Assembly (NCBI RefSeq): GCF_001194135.2
Contig: NC_068989.1
Span: forward strand, 53,750,598 to 53,785,011
Direction: 5' to 3'
DNA length: 34,414 nt
Source: Octopus bimaculoides
Taxonomy: Eukaryota
Shown here in pieces: positions 33,019 to 34,414 of the stretch; the first letter of the stretch is position 1; every line of letters begins with the position of its first letter. Below the pieces are notes generated by a model. That model made no database searches and was not told the origin of the DNA. It saw only the letters and a list, made by a program, of their open reading frames with translations. The translations under genes and the position numbers were made by a program.

Positions 33019-33860
33019 CAACTGTTAGAAGAAGAAATAGAATATGGATAAGATTAAGAAAAGATGATGAAGGAGAAGACGAAGAAGAAGAAGAAGAAGA
33101 AGAAGAAGAAGAAGAAGGAGGAGGAGGAGGAGGAGGAGGAGAAGTAGAAGAAGAAGAAGAAGAAGAAGAAGAAGAAGAAAAAGAAGAAGAAGTAGAAGTA
33201 GAAGAAGAAGAAGAAGAAGAAGGAGGAGGAGGAGGAGGAGAAGAAGAAGAAGAAGAAGAAGAAGAAGAAGAAGAAGAAAATGAAGAAATAAAGAAAAAGA
33301 TGAAGGAGAAAAAATGAAGGAGGTGATGAAAATGAAAGAGAAGATGATGAAGGAGAAGAAGACGAAGAAGAAGAAGAAGAAGAAGAAGAAGAAGAAGAAG
33401 AAGATGATGATGATGAAGAAGAAAAAGATGAAGAAGTTGATCATGATGGTGATGATGATGATAATGATAGTTATGTGGAGGAGGGAGAGGAGGAGGAGGA
33501 GGACGATAACGATGATGGTAATGATGATGACAATGGCAACGAACGCGTGGAGGTAGAAGATGAGGGAGAGCAGGAGGGGAAAAAGGAGGATCAAGATGCA
33601 GCTTACAACGTTGATGATGATGAAGATGATGATGATGATGATGATGATAGTATTAATAATTATTGTAAAGATTTCTAAAGTCAGTTAATATTCGTTCGTT
33701 ACAGATAAAAGAAGAAGAAGAAGAAGAAGAAGAAGAAGAAGAAGAAGAAAAGCAACAACAACAATCAGCATAAAGGAAATCAAAAATAACGAAACCATCA
33801 ATAACAACAAAACAACAGAAACAACAACAACAACAACAACAACAGTAACAATAATCGTGA
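32912..33860 (+). repeat. Compound trinucleotide low-complexity array: (GAC)(CAC)(CAA), long (GAA)/(GGA), (GAT), (GAA), (CAA)
   Basis: Direct reading; strongly purine-skewed on the plus strand over about 33025-33750. Confidence 0.95.
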
Positions 33861-34301
33861 TAATGATTGGTAAATATTGGCCCGAGTTTTCACTGTGCAA
33901 GTTCTGATAGTGATTGTGGTGACTGTGGTGAGATTAAGATCAAAGAACGCTGGTTACCTTTGTTTAAACATGACCAGAACAGAGTTGAACAGAAACTGAA
34001 AAACGATGAAATTTCTCTTCAACCTAATGGGAAATAAAAGATTTTAATATTGTCAAACCCAGCAAGGATTAATTTATGTTTCACTGTTACATAGAACTCT
34101 CATGTGGTTCCATCTATTTATACTCATTACTCCTTATTTTATTGATTCTTAACACGATTTCTTTCCTTCTTTCTCTCTCTTTAACATTTTTCCTTCTCTC
34201 TCCTTACCACTTTTCATTTTAGATATCTATCAGTCAGTTTGTCTGATTGTCTGACTATTGACTATTTCCACCTCCACTGTCTATCTGTCAATCTATCTAC
34301 C

Positions 34302-34349
<48 letters not shown>

Positions 34350-34414
34350 GAAACAAAAGTATAGCAATACCATTCGTCTATTTTTGTTATATGTATGTAT
34401 ATATATATATATAT

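Larger units (their letters stand above)
26340..34414 (-). other. Pitx: Probable Pitx intron (at least 8 kb)
   Basis: No sequence encoding the first 46 homeodomain residues (RRQRTHF..QLQELE..F..NRYPDM) was found in the minus frames. The exon could lie beyond the window or in an N gap. Confidence 0.7.

Noticed and set aside
32754-33678. ORFs with poly-R/P/T/E/K/L tracts (32754-33317, 33025-33594 and others)
   Set aside because: Direct translations of triplet microsatellites; no domain and no credible exon structure.
33958-33995. 38-nt minus-strand mini-exon (tttttcAG...ATGTTTAAACAAAG|GTAACC) as an alternative Pitx start
   Set aside because: No homeobox exon is visible between it and the terminal exon, and such splice-like motifs are common by chance.

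Overview
AT-rich, microsatellite-dense animal genomic DNA from a gapped draft scaffold (about ten N runs). The repeat families and the gene point to a coleoid cephalopod, probably Octopus; this is an inference. The only host coding sequence I can support is the terminal exon of the K50 paired-like homeobox gene Pitx (minus strand, 25815-26339: end of homeodomain helix 3 plus the OAR motif). The upstream homeobox exon is not visible, so 26340-34414 is most likely intron. The rest is mobile DNA: about 19 copies of one modular tRNA-derived SINE, three other SINE families, a 5'-truncated R4/Dong-type RLE LINE in an (AAT)n pile-up, two Jockey/CR1-like LINE fragments, a mariner relic, a second mariner TIR, a foldback element and a direct-repeat-flanked element. 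The most notable observation is a set of minimal type I hammerhead-ribozyme-like motifs with non-canonical cores around Pitx. One lies on the Pitx sense strand inside the intron with a compensatory G3-C8 swap (27012-27062), one is antisense with A6U (27228-27264), and three related units build a foldback at 20627-20771. None has been tested; activity is a hypothesis. Other leads are a possible stop-readthrough transmembrane tail on Pitx, two isolated long hairpins and a possible 10-kb inversion that split a LINE.
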